Below, piece by piece: positions 12,957 through 22,872 of a stretch of DNA of 64,000 nucleotides. Both the position numbers and the translations under genes were made by a program. Source of the DNA: Octopus sinensis (taxonomy: Eukaryota); the NCBI RefSeq assembly GCF_006345805.1, contig NC_043007.1, forward strand, positions 11,098,001 through 11,162,000, given 5' to 3'. The number at the start of each line of letters is the position of its first letter. Position 1 is the first letter of the stretch. The notes under the pieces are model-generated. The model did no database searches. It was not told where the DNA came from and worked only from the letters and a program-made list of their open reading frames with translations.

Positions 12957-13920
12957 TAGGAGTTGGACAAAATATTGAAAACACCTTGTTAAATGCAAGT
13001 GTTATTATTTAAAATGGAATTGGTTTTCCTTTGGTGCCAATCACACCTTTAATATGTCAATGGATTGACTCATACAAGTCACAGGTATTTTGACCTGTCC
13101 TTCAAGTAAAACCTGCTTCAGTAGCAGTGGTGGAGGGAAGCATTTAGTCACTTGTGGCTCCAAAATGAACCATAAATGTTTGATTATATTGAGATCTGGT
13201 GAATGTAGGGGCCAATCCAAATGCTGAGCTTCACTTTTGTGATCTTTGTACCAATTTTGACTAACATTAGCCAAGTGAATCGGTGCGTTATATTCCTGGA
13301 AGATTATGCTACCATCAGGGCTCAGTATTTGTAATGTAGGATGGACATGGTCAGTCAAAATACTCAGATAATCTTTGGCATTAACACTGCCATACAGAAC
13401 AACCAAAGGGCCAAGAGAATTCTGTGATGTAGCTGCCCAAAATCTTCAAAAAGCCATATTGGAGCTTCATGTGAGAGGGGGGTCAATCATTCAGGGTTGA
13501 AGATATCCTTGGACTGTTTCTAGTTTTAAACCCATTCTGAAGTGGGAGAAAGGGGGAATGGTGATGCATCAAAGAAGATGCCATTGTTTTATTGACCCTT
13601 GACCACTTCTAATTGTTTTGATACCATTTTTCCCATTTATCAATGTGGAAGGAGCACAAGACAAGTTTAGCGGTTGCAGCCCTCCTATGGTATCCAGCAT
13701 TATGGAACTCACAGTTAATGTTTTTAACTGACACAAGATTGGCAAACTGATGGTTTTGCTCTGCTGTCATTTCTGCTTCTATAGTTTCATGGTTTCTAGA
13801 CACAGTACACTCCACTATTCTATGATTCCTCTCTCAGAGCTTTACCCTCCATCAAAAATTTTGCTTACCTGAGCTGGTTCCTTGATTTTGGAATGCTTAC
13901 ATCGTTTTTGAGACTGTAGC
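12957..13920 (-). mobile_element. Tc1-like DD34E transposase remnant (arm A copy)
   Basis: LYGSVNAKDYLSILTDHV...IFQEYNAPIH...WPLHSPDLNIIKHLW (catalytic D to Y and E to K); TIR gttggacaaaatattg.aaacacc. Confidence 0.85.
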
Positions 13921-14807
13921 ATTTAACCCTTTAGTATTTAAACCAGCCGTATCTGGCCCAAATATGGCCCCTGTTTCATGTTCAAACTGGCCAGATCCAG
14001 CTTCTGACACCTACCCTACAATGTCAATCTAAATATAGACAGTAACATCGTCAAAATCTCAAATCTATGAGATGGTATATGATTAATGGAAAATAATATG
14101 AACGAACAAGCTTTACATTTGTCAGAGTAATCCGAATACTTGAGAGTTAAACATGAAGTGTTTCGGCAGTTTTAATTAGTGAATCTCCAGCCACCTGCAT
14201 TCCAACCATTTGTCTTCTTTGGAAATCAGACAGGTTGTGCATTTTAACTTATTTAGATTTAAATATCTGCCAAGAAATAAAACCAGAGGCTATACCAAAT
14301 AGTATAAGACATACATAATACAATGCATAGGAACACACACACACACACATATATATATATCATCATCATTTAGCGTCCGCTTTCCATGCTAGCATGGGTT
14401 GGACGGTTCAACTGGGGTCTGGGAAGCCAGAAGGCTGCACCAGGCCCAGTCTGATCTGGCAATGTTTCTATGGCTGAATGCCCTTCCTAACGCCAACCAC
14501 TCCGTGAGTGTAGTGGGTGCTTTTTACGTGCCACTGGCACAGCTGCCAGGCGGGGCTGGCAAACAGCCACAGTCGGATGGTGCTTTTTACGTACCACCGG
14601 CACGGAGGCCATATATATATACAGACTAAAACACTTTTGAATTTGTCATATTACCAAAAGGAAAAAATAGTTAAATATAAAGTGGTGTAGCCATTAATTT
14701 TTTCAACATCTGTATTGTGTGTATGAGGCAGGTGTCGCTAGTGACCGTCTGTTTGAAGGATTATTTACTTAAATTCAGTGGAATACATCCACTGGTTTTC
14801 AAAAATC

Positions 14808-15200
14808 GAAATATTAAAATTTCTAAGTCTCTCTAAAGGAGACTACGGTCAGCAGTACTAGATATTAATAGTTATCGCCAAGGTCATATGGCAGTCCAGA
14901 AATATAGGACAAATGCTGCTAGGTTCAGGTGCTCTTCATTGATAAAAAGCAAATACCCTGAAACTAGTCTGCAGATGCCTGAGCAGCAAGGGGAAGGGGC
15001 TAACTTCCCCTGTTCGAAGGTTATAATGGACACAGGTTCATGTGTCATATAGCTAGCTATTAGCGAGGGCCTCTTAGAGCTAATCAATGGCAGCATTCAT
15101 CCTATATTTCTGGACTGCCATATGAGCTTGGAGATAACTATTAATATCCAGTACTGCTGCCGTAATCTCCTTTAGAGAGACTTAGAAATTTTAATATTTC
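14808..15200. mobile_element. MITE / fold-back element with about 110-bp TIRs
   Basis: 14808-14919 is the reverse complement of 15090-15200 with few mismatches. Confidence 0.8.
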
Positions 15201-15259
15201 TATTTATACATATGTGTGTATATATATATATTATATTATATATATATATATATATATAA

Positions 15260-15364
<105 letters not shown>

Positions 15365-15431
15365 CATATCATCATCATCGTTTAACGTCCGTTTTCCGCG
15401 CTAGCACGGGTTGGACTAAAAATATGTCAGC

Positions 15432-15502
15432 CTCCCCGGCGGGGAATCGAGCCCGGTCTCCTGCGTGACAGGCGGGGATACTTACCACTATACTACCAAG
15501 GA
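15432..15502 (-). tRNA. Inverted second copy of the tRNA-Asp(GTC)-derived sequence (1-nt deletion in T-stem)
   Basis: Reverse complement of 17174-17245 with the same flanks; CCGGG instead of CCGGGG before CTCGATT. Confidence 0.8.
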
Positions 15503-15511
15503 ACAGACATA

Positions 15512-15542
<31 letters not shown>

Positions 15543-15732
15543 ATATGTATATATATATATGTATGTATGTATGTATGTATATATGTATGTATATATGTAT
15601 GTATGTATGCATATATGCATGCTGCATATGCATGCATGCATGTATGTATAAGGGTGAAAAGGAACACACGAGTTGATATATATGAAAAAACAAGTAAAAA
15701 ATAGAAAATGCTAAAATAATTTTATAAAGAAC

Positions 15733-15778
15733 ATTTCAGTACCGGTTTCGGTCATTTTGAGGCCTTTTCAACTGTAAC
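15733..15778 (-). ncRNA. Inverted copy of the hammerhead motif (one mismatch in helix II)
   Basis: Reverse complement reads cag-TTGAAAA-GGCC tcaaaat GACC-GAAA-CCGG-TA-ctg. Confidence 0.6.
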
Positions 15779-16125
15779 GATTAAATAATTAAATTTAGAA
15801 AAATTAGAAGAAAAGTTTTTTTAAAAGAATATTTCTATAGTAGTGTTCAGATTTAAGTGGCATTCTGCCTTTCTCTGACTCCCTTGTTTGCACTTGTGTG
15901 TTCGAGGTAGTTGTGAGCTCTTGGTAGGTAGTAGAGAGAAGGCTGGTGAGGAAAGGGGGGTGGGAGAATCTGGGAGTGCCCTGATGGTCGTATTTTGAAT
16001 GGTCAGTGGCGGCTGGCAGTCTCAGTTCAATTCAGGAGAATATTTATATTGACAGGCTTCTTTATAGAATTAGCGTAGGTGTTATACTAAAAAACATTAG
16101 TGACAAACTTAAGGGGTAGGGGGGG

Positions 16126-16375
16126 GAGAAGAAGAAGAAGAAGAAGAAGAAGAAGAGAAGAAGGAGGAGAAGGAGAAGATGACGATGATGGTGATGGTGG
16201 TGATGATTATGACGACGATGATGATGATAACGATGATGATGAAGAAGAAGAAGAAGAAGAAGGAGGAGAAGGAGAAGATGGTGGTGATGATGGTGGCGAT
16301 GATGATGATGCCGATGATGATGATAACGATGATGATGAAGAAGAAGAGGAAGAAGAAGAAGAAGAAAAAACAGAG
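16126..16375 (+). repeat. (GAA)n/(GAT)n compound microsatellite with an internal roughly 100-bp duplication, inside the PLE
   Basis: Directly visible; produces the spurious poly-E/D ORF 16100-16420. Confidence 0.95.
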
Positions 16376-17040
16376 AAGGGAGAATATGAATGTAAATATA
16401 GCTATGAAGGGGCTGATTAGTAATGGATTCTATTGAGTGTAGTATTTGTGTGTGTATATATATTTTTTTCTTTTATTCTAAAGTTGAGGTATATTAATTG
16501 TTTGTCGTTAAGAAGTGGCTTGTATTTTGTAATAAAGAGATTTTCTTTACTTATTCGTTGTCTCGAGGTTGTATCGTCCCTAAATTGGTAGAGGGGGAAA
16601 ATTCTGAAGTTTGGTGTTTTTTTGTTGGCGCAAGTATCTATGTGTTGGCTAAAAGCTATTTTTCTGTTTTGGGGAATTTTTATCTGGGATCTGTGCAGGG
16701 CCATTCGTTTACGCAAACCATTTTTTGTTTGGCCTATGTACTGCTCTTGACACCCGGAGCAGGTTAGTGAGTATATTAGGTTCTCCGAAGCACATGTGAA
16801 GTTGCTTTTCACTGTAAAACGTTGTCCCTGTTTGTAAAACGTTGTCCCTGTCTCCCACCCCCCTTTCCTCACCAGCCTTCTCTCTACTACCCTACCAAGA
16901 GCTCACAACTACCTCGAACACACAAGTGCAAACAAGGGAGTCAGAGAAAGGCAGAATGCCACTTAAATCTGAACACTACTATAGAAATATTCTTTTAAAA
17001 AAACTTTTCTTCTAATTTTTCTAAATTTAATTATTTAATC

Positions 17041-17086
17041 GTTACAGTTGAAAAGGTCTCAAAATGACCGAAACCGGTACTGAAAT
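17041..17086 (+). ncRNA. Minimal type I hammerhead ribozyme motif (PLE-type), core variant U3:A8
   Basis: gttacag-TTGAAAA-GGTC tcaaaat GACC-GAAA-CCGG-TA^-ctgaaat: helix I, core, helix II, GAAA, palindromic helix III, GUA cleavage triplet. Confidence 0.7.
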
Positions 17087-17131
17087 GTTCACTATAAAAT
17101 TATTTTAGCATTTTCTATTTTTTACTTGTTT

Positions 17132-17170
<39 letters not shown>

Positions 17171-17173
17171 TGT

Positions 17174-17245
17174 TCCTTGGTAGTATAGTGGTAAGTATCC
17201 CCGCCTGTCACGCAGGAGACCGGGGCTCGATTCCCCGCCGGGGAG
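17174..17245 (+). tRNA. tRNA-Asp(GTC)-derived sequence (likely pseudo-tRNA or SINE head) fused to an RTE 3' tail
   Basis: TCCTTGG-TAGTATAGTGGTAAGTATC-CCCGC CT GTC AC GCAGG-AGAC-CGGGG CTCGATT CCCCG-CCGGGGA G closely follows eukaryotic tRNA-Asp(GTC). Deviations: C:A mismatch in the anticodon stem and T54 to C. Followed by a T5 Pol III terminator. Confidence 0.85.
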
Positions 17246-17526
17246 GCTGACATATTTTTAGTCCAACCCGTGCTAGCGCGGAAAACGGACGTTAAACGAT
17301 GATGATGATATGTATGTATATATGTGTGTGTGTATGTGTGTGTGTATAGGTATACACATAGACGCAGAAGCATGTATGCTTGTATACAAAGATTTACATC
17401 TCTGATGAAAGATTTCAGGAAATTCAACGATTAAAAAATTTTAATTTTTTTTGTAGGATTTGTTTTATTGTGTTTGTTTATATATTCTTTCTCTTTTAAT
17501 TCATTATTTATTTATTTTCCTTTCAG

Positions 17527-18413
17527 GAGAAAGCCCAACTGACAAGAAAATCTTGTTTCTATACTCTCACGACCACCAGCATCATCTCGACGTCGGCAAA
17601 GCCATGGCAACATACCTGCAACACTTCAAGTGCCATGTTCTTTATCCACCGTTATTCGCTGAGGAAGAGATAAAACAATGGTTACACAAGACAGTTGCCG
17701 ATTGTGATTTTGTCTTACTGCTACATTCGGAATGCATTAAGCGCCAGAGTGAACCATGGGCTTCTGGTTTAGAATATCCACAGTTACGAGACAACCGAAA
17801 TGAAAATGTCCTGATGTCAATTCTTACCATGATTAGAGAATGTCCTCTCTTGCAGTTATATCATTCGAAATACATCTCGTGCCGCTTGGAACACTTGTCT
17901 GAGGGTTATGTTCTCACTGAATTTCCTTCGGTTCAAAATTTCGTCCTGACCAGAGACCTGAAGAAGCTGGTTTACTATATCCATCGTATTCCCCCTAACA
18001 GTGTTCTCAAAACATTAACATTGAGATCTTCTGATAGTTCGACTTCCTCAATGGCACTACAGCAAGCCGCTCAAAAAGCTGCTGAATTTGAAAAAAATAA
18101 AATGTGGTTCACTCAGAAGTACAGTTACTTGGTGCCACGTTGTGGCGTATTAAACGACAAATGCGATTGCCGTTCTGCATTAAACGAAGAATTCGACGGC
18201 ACGGTTGACATCCCCAAATTACCACTAAACTCCTTTCACGATGTGAATTTCGATGATTCCATGTCCACCGAATACTGTTATTTCAACGATAGACACTCGT
18301 TTTCGGAAATGTCACTGGTCAGTTCTGAACTAGCAATGCTAAATGAGCGCAATGACCAACAGGATAAAAACAGATACAATGTCTTGCCTTCATTGTCTGA
18401 AGATACGGTGTGA
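17527..18413 (+). CDS. IL-17R-like copy A, terminal exon encoding SEFIR domain and cytoplasmic tail
   Basis: ttattttcctttcAG acceptor, phase 1 matching the TM exon. SEFIR motifs KILFLYSHDHQHH (box 1), W...ADCDFVLLLHSE and NFVLTRDLKKLV. Stop TGA at 18411-18413 (ends EDTV). Confidence 0.88.
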
Positions 18414-18508
18414 GTAACTGGACAGATGTAATGTATGCCTCTAATCATGGTTCAAATCTAGTGTGTTTTTGAAAGAACCAAGGCAGTTGGGTTCATATCT
18501 GTGTATTA

Positions 18509-20570
18509 TTATCATCATCATCATTTAACATCCGTTTTCCATGCTGGCATGGGTTGGACGGTTTAACTGGGGTCTGGGAAGCCAGGAAGCCGCATCAGGC
18601 TCCAATCTGATCTGGCAGAGTTTCTACAGCTGGATGCCCTTCCAAATGTCAACCACTCTGAGAGTGTGTGGGTGCTTTTTACGTGCCACTGGCTCAGAAG
18701 CCAGACAGGGCAAAGGGGCTGGCATGGACCACATTCGGATGGTGCTTTTTACGTGCCACCGGCACAGGAGCCAGTCAGGCAGTGATGGCATCAGTCACAT
18801 TCAGGCAGCTCTTTTTACGTGCCACTGGTACAGGAGCCAGCTGGGGCAAGGGAGCTGGCATTGACCACATTCGGATGGTGCTTTTTATGTGCCACTGGCA
18901 CAGGAGCCAGTCAGGCGGTGATGGCATCAGCCACATTCAGGCAGCTCTTTTTACGTGCCACTGGTACAGGAGCCAGCTGGGGCAAGGGAGCTGGCATCGA
19001 CCACATTCGGATGGTGCATTTTACATGCCACCGGCATGGGAAGCCAATCAGGTACCGCCGGCAATGACCAACGCATGAATGGTGCTTATTGTGTGCCACC
19101 AGCATAGGAGCCAGTCAAACGGCAACAGCATCAACCACAACTACAATTTCCATTTGATTGTGGTTTGATTTAATTTTGATTTTGATTTGGATGTACTTGA
19201 CTCAACAGGTCTCCTCAAGCATCGACAATCCAAAGGTACTTTTCTGAGTGAGCTGCTTATGCAACACTGGTGTAGGCTACAGCTGTGATCTCACTTTACT
19301 TGCCGGGTCTTCTCAGTCACAGCATATCTCCGGAAGTCTCGATCTTTCGTCATTGCCTCTGTGAGGTTCGAAGGTCATGCTTCACCACCTCATCCCATGT
19401 CTTCCTGGGTCTCCCTCTACCACAGGTTTCTTCCACTGTCTGGGCATGACACTTCTTCACACAGCTCTCTACATCCATCCATTGTACATAACCATACCAG
19501 CACAGTTGTCTCTCTCTTGTACACCACATCTGATGCTTCTTATGTCCAACATTTCTCTCAAGGTGCTTAAACTCTGTCGTGTGTGCAGACTGACATTACA
19601 CATCCAGCAGATCATGCTAGCTTCATTTATTTCGAGCCTACACATGTCTTTAGCAGTCACGGCCCATGTTTCACTGCTGTGAAGATGGCAGTTCAGACAC
19701 ATACATTGTACAATCTACCTTTCGCTCTGAACAAGAGGCCCTTTGTCACCAGTAATGGTAGGAGCTGCCTGAACTTTGTCCAGGCTATTCTTATTTTAGT
19801 GGTAACACTCTCTGAGCATCCACCCCCACCACAGACTTGGTCACCTAGGTAGCGGAAGCTATCAACTATTTCTAGTTTCTTCCCCTAGCATGTGATGGAA
19901 TCTGTCTTCTGAGCATCTGTGGTGTTTATTGCCCCTGTGCATCTGTCGCATATGAAAGCTACCTTCCTGGTTAACCTTCCTTTGATGTTACTGCACCTCT
20001 TATGCATCCATAGTTTACATTGGGTACATCTTATGGAATTTCTACCTACACCTTTTCTACAGATCGAGCAGGGCCATCTGCCTGAAAGGGTTTGTTATGT
20101 GTTCGCCTTCCTCCTTACTAGGACTCTGGTTTTTGCAACATTGGCTCTAAGGCTCTTCGATTCTAAACCTTGCTTTCACACCTGAAATTTCTTCTCTAGT
20201 TCTGGTAGTGATTCTGCTATGAGAGCCAGGTCATCAGCATAGAGGAGCTCCTAGGGGCAGCCTGTTTTGAATTCCTCTGTTATTGCCTGGGGGACTATGA
20301 TGAATAAGAGGGGTCTGAGGGCTGATCCTTGGTGGACCCCTACTTCTACCTGGAACTGGATTCTTCACTATACTCATTGCCAACCCTAACCTTGCTAACA
20401 GCATCTCTGTAGAGGGCCTGTACAGCCATTATTAACCATTCGTTAATCCCTAGTTTCTGCATCACCCACCAGATAAGGGATTGAGGTACCCTATCAAGGG
20501 CTTTCTCCAAGTCCCCAAAAGCCAAGTATAGGAGTTTATCTTTGGCTAGTTATTTCTCCTTCAGTTGCCG
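18509..20570 (-). mobile_element. 5'-truncated RTE-clade LINE: ORF2 3' part, VNTR-bearing 3' UTR and (GAT)n tail
   Basis: LHSSETWAVTAKDMCRLEINEASMICWMCNVSLHTRQSLSTLREMLDIRSIRCGVQER is RTE ORF2 C-terminal; the 3' end ccaacccatgc...aacggatgttaaatgatgatg is shared by many copies in the window. Confidence 0.85.
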
Positions 20571-21037
20571 TACTAGAAATATAGCGTCGCCTTACTGGCA
20601 CTTGTGCGCGTGCTAGTAGGGTGCCAAGAGCACCATCCGAGTGTAATCGTTGCCAGAGCAGCCAACTGGCTTCCGTGCCAGTGGCACATAAAAGGGCACC
20701 ATTCGAGCTTGATCATTACAAAAGTCGCCTTACTGGCACCTGTGCTGGTGGCATGTATAAAAGGATTCAATGCGAGGTCGTTGCCAGTACCGTCTGACTG
20801 GCCCCTGTTCCTGTGGCACATAAAAAGCACCCACTACACACACGGAGTTGTTGGCATTAGGAAGGGCATCCAGCTGTAGAAACTCTGCCAAATCAAGATT
20901 GGAGCCTGGTGCAGCCATCTGGTTCGCCAGCCCTCAGTCAAAATCGTCCAACCTATGCTAGCATGGAAAGCAGACACTGAACAATGATGATGATGATATG
21001 CATGTATATATATATGTATGTATATATGTATATACAA

Positions 21038-21060
<23 letters not shown>

Positions 21061-21068
<8 letters not shown>

Positions 21069-21690
21069 TATTAGAGACAAAACCACTATTTTGCAAAACA
21101 AACAAGGAAAGACTTAATCAATACATAAAATTTTAATAAATAGTCAAAAAATGATGAAGATAACTTTGATAGTGTTGACAGCGATAGTGATTTCTAAACT
21201 GTTTAAGATTGTGATACCTGATATACTTTTTTACTGACTCCACTCATTTAACTGTGGCCAAGCTGGACAACTGCCTTGGAGGGTAGAGTTGATTATAACA
21301 ACTTTGTATTTGTACACTGGGTATTTATTTTATTGTCATCAGAATGAGGGAAAGTAAAATTGACCTGGGTACAATTTGAACACAGAACTTAAATGGACAT
21401 AATCAAATACCACAAGGTATTTTTCTCTCTAAGTGTGATAATTTTTGTTCTTTAGTGTACCACTATAGTAATATATTGTATTTTGAGTGTATCGAGAAAT
21501 TCCCCAATATGTTGGGAAGGGTTGGCAATGTGAAAATTTAAAATTAACTTCTTGAATGTGATATTATCTGGAATTGTCAGTTACTATTACCTTTACTATT
21601 ACTATTACTATTTATTAAAATTTTATGTATTGATTAAGTCTTTCCTTGTTTGTTTTGCAAAATAGTGGTTTTGTCTCTAATAATATTTTA
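21061..21690. repeat. Perfect 84-bp inverted repeat bracketing 462 bp
   Basis: 21061-21144 equals the reverse complement of 21607-21690. Confidence 0.93.
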
Positions 21691-21879
21691 TAATATTTTA
21701 CTATAAAATCGATTTAATCCTAAATCTGATTTTTTCCCTGTAAATTTGGATTTATTCCCTAATATTTATTATTTATATATATATATATATACATATATAT
21801 ATGTATATACATATATGTATGTATATATATATATGTATCTATGTATATATACGTATCTATGTATATATACGTATGTATG

Positions 21880-21913
<34 letters not shown>

Positions 21914-22872
21914 CTGAGACACCCTTCAGTCATGACTGACCATGGGATTGCACCTAGAAAGCTACCCTCCCAGGCACAAGTCTGGGCAAGGTTGTTTATG
22001 GAAGACCAGCAGTCGCCCATACATACCAGCCTCCCGCTCCATGGCACCAGTGTTATCCAAGGGAAAGGCAAAGGGGCCGATACAGCTTGGCACCAGTGAC
22101 GTCACAACTCATTTCTACTGCTCAGTGAACTGGAGTAATGTGAAATAAAGTGTCTTGCTCATGAACACAACACGCAGCCCAGTCCGGGATTCGAACTCAC
22201 AACCTCATGATCGTAAGCTCAATGCTCTAACCACTGAACCAAGTGTTTTCACTTATATATATATATACACATATATATATACAAGGGCATCAAGCTGGCA
22301 GAATCGTTACCAAGCAGGGCGAAATGCTTAATGGTTTTCCGTCTGTCATTATGTTCTGAGTTCAAATATCATTGAGGTTGACTTTGCCTTTCATCCATTT
22401 GAGGTCAATTAAATACCACCCCCCTAAAGTCCAACCCCTCCTCATCGTGGTAAGGGGGTGAAACGGGAGTGTCAGAGCTATGCCATCGGAGACTTCAGTT
22501 TCTGGTAGGGCCACCCAAGGTGGATTGTTCTGACACCAAGCGGAATCAAGGCCGCACCCGGCTAACAGGGCTCTGGTGAACAGAAGCGTCTGATCCGGCA
22601 ACCGCCGGCTTCAACCCATCCTGTCCCTGCGTCTGTGGAAAATCTACGGCAAACAAGATGTTCTCCCAACAGGGATATACTTGTGGCTGGGGACTTCCTA
22701 GCGAACTTCCTAGTGAACAAGGGCATCTTCCTATTCCCAAGATCCCGCAAACATTCTTCATATACATCTCACCTTCTTCAATGACAAACCCTACTATGGC
22801 GTCCACGGGAGCCGACGCGCTCGCTGCCCCAGTGAGGCGAGTGTTAAATCAGCAAACTGGGATGCTAATGGA

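Larger units (their letters stand above)
15678..17140 (-). mobile_element. 5'-truncated Penelope-like element (GIY-YIG endonuclease 3' end, 3' UTR, pLTR) with an inverted pLTR copy at its 5' end
   Basis: Minus-strand ORF 16417-16872 has NLIYSLTCSGCQEQYIGQT..LRKRMALH...RISKENLFITKYKPLLN (GIY-YIG). Inverted arms 15678-15967/16851-17140 carry hammerheads; 20-bp tandem duplication at the junction (16813-16851). Confidence 0.85.

Noticed and set aside
16100-16420. Poly-Arg/Glu/Asp ORF
   Set aside because: Translation of a (GAA)/(GAT) microsatellite inside the PLE; no splice or start context.
17400-17425. CTGATGA...GAAA as another hammerhead (similar partial matches at 44265 and 57670-57690)
   Set aside because: No pairable helix II or no GAAA/NUH in the required positions.
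17460-17526. N-terminal MFYCVCLYILSLLIHYLFIFLSG of the 317-aa and 339-aa ORFs as a signal peptide or TM
   Set aside because: This is the intronic polypyrimidine tract upstream of the acceptor at 17525-17526 (59248-59249 in copy B).
18690-19110. CRISPR-like repeat/spacer appearance
   Set aside because: These are RTE 3' UTR tandem units with related, non-unique spacers; eukaryotic context and no cas genes.
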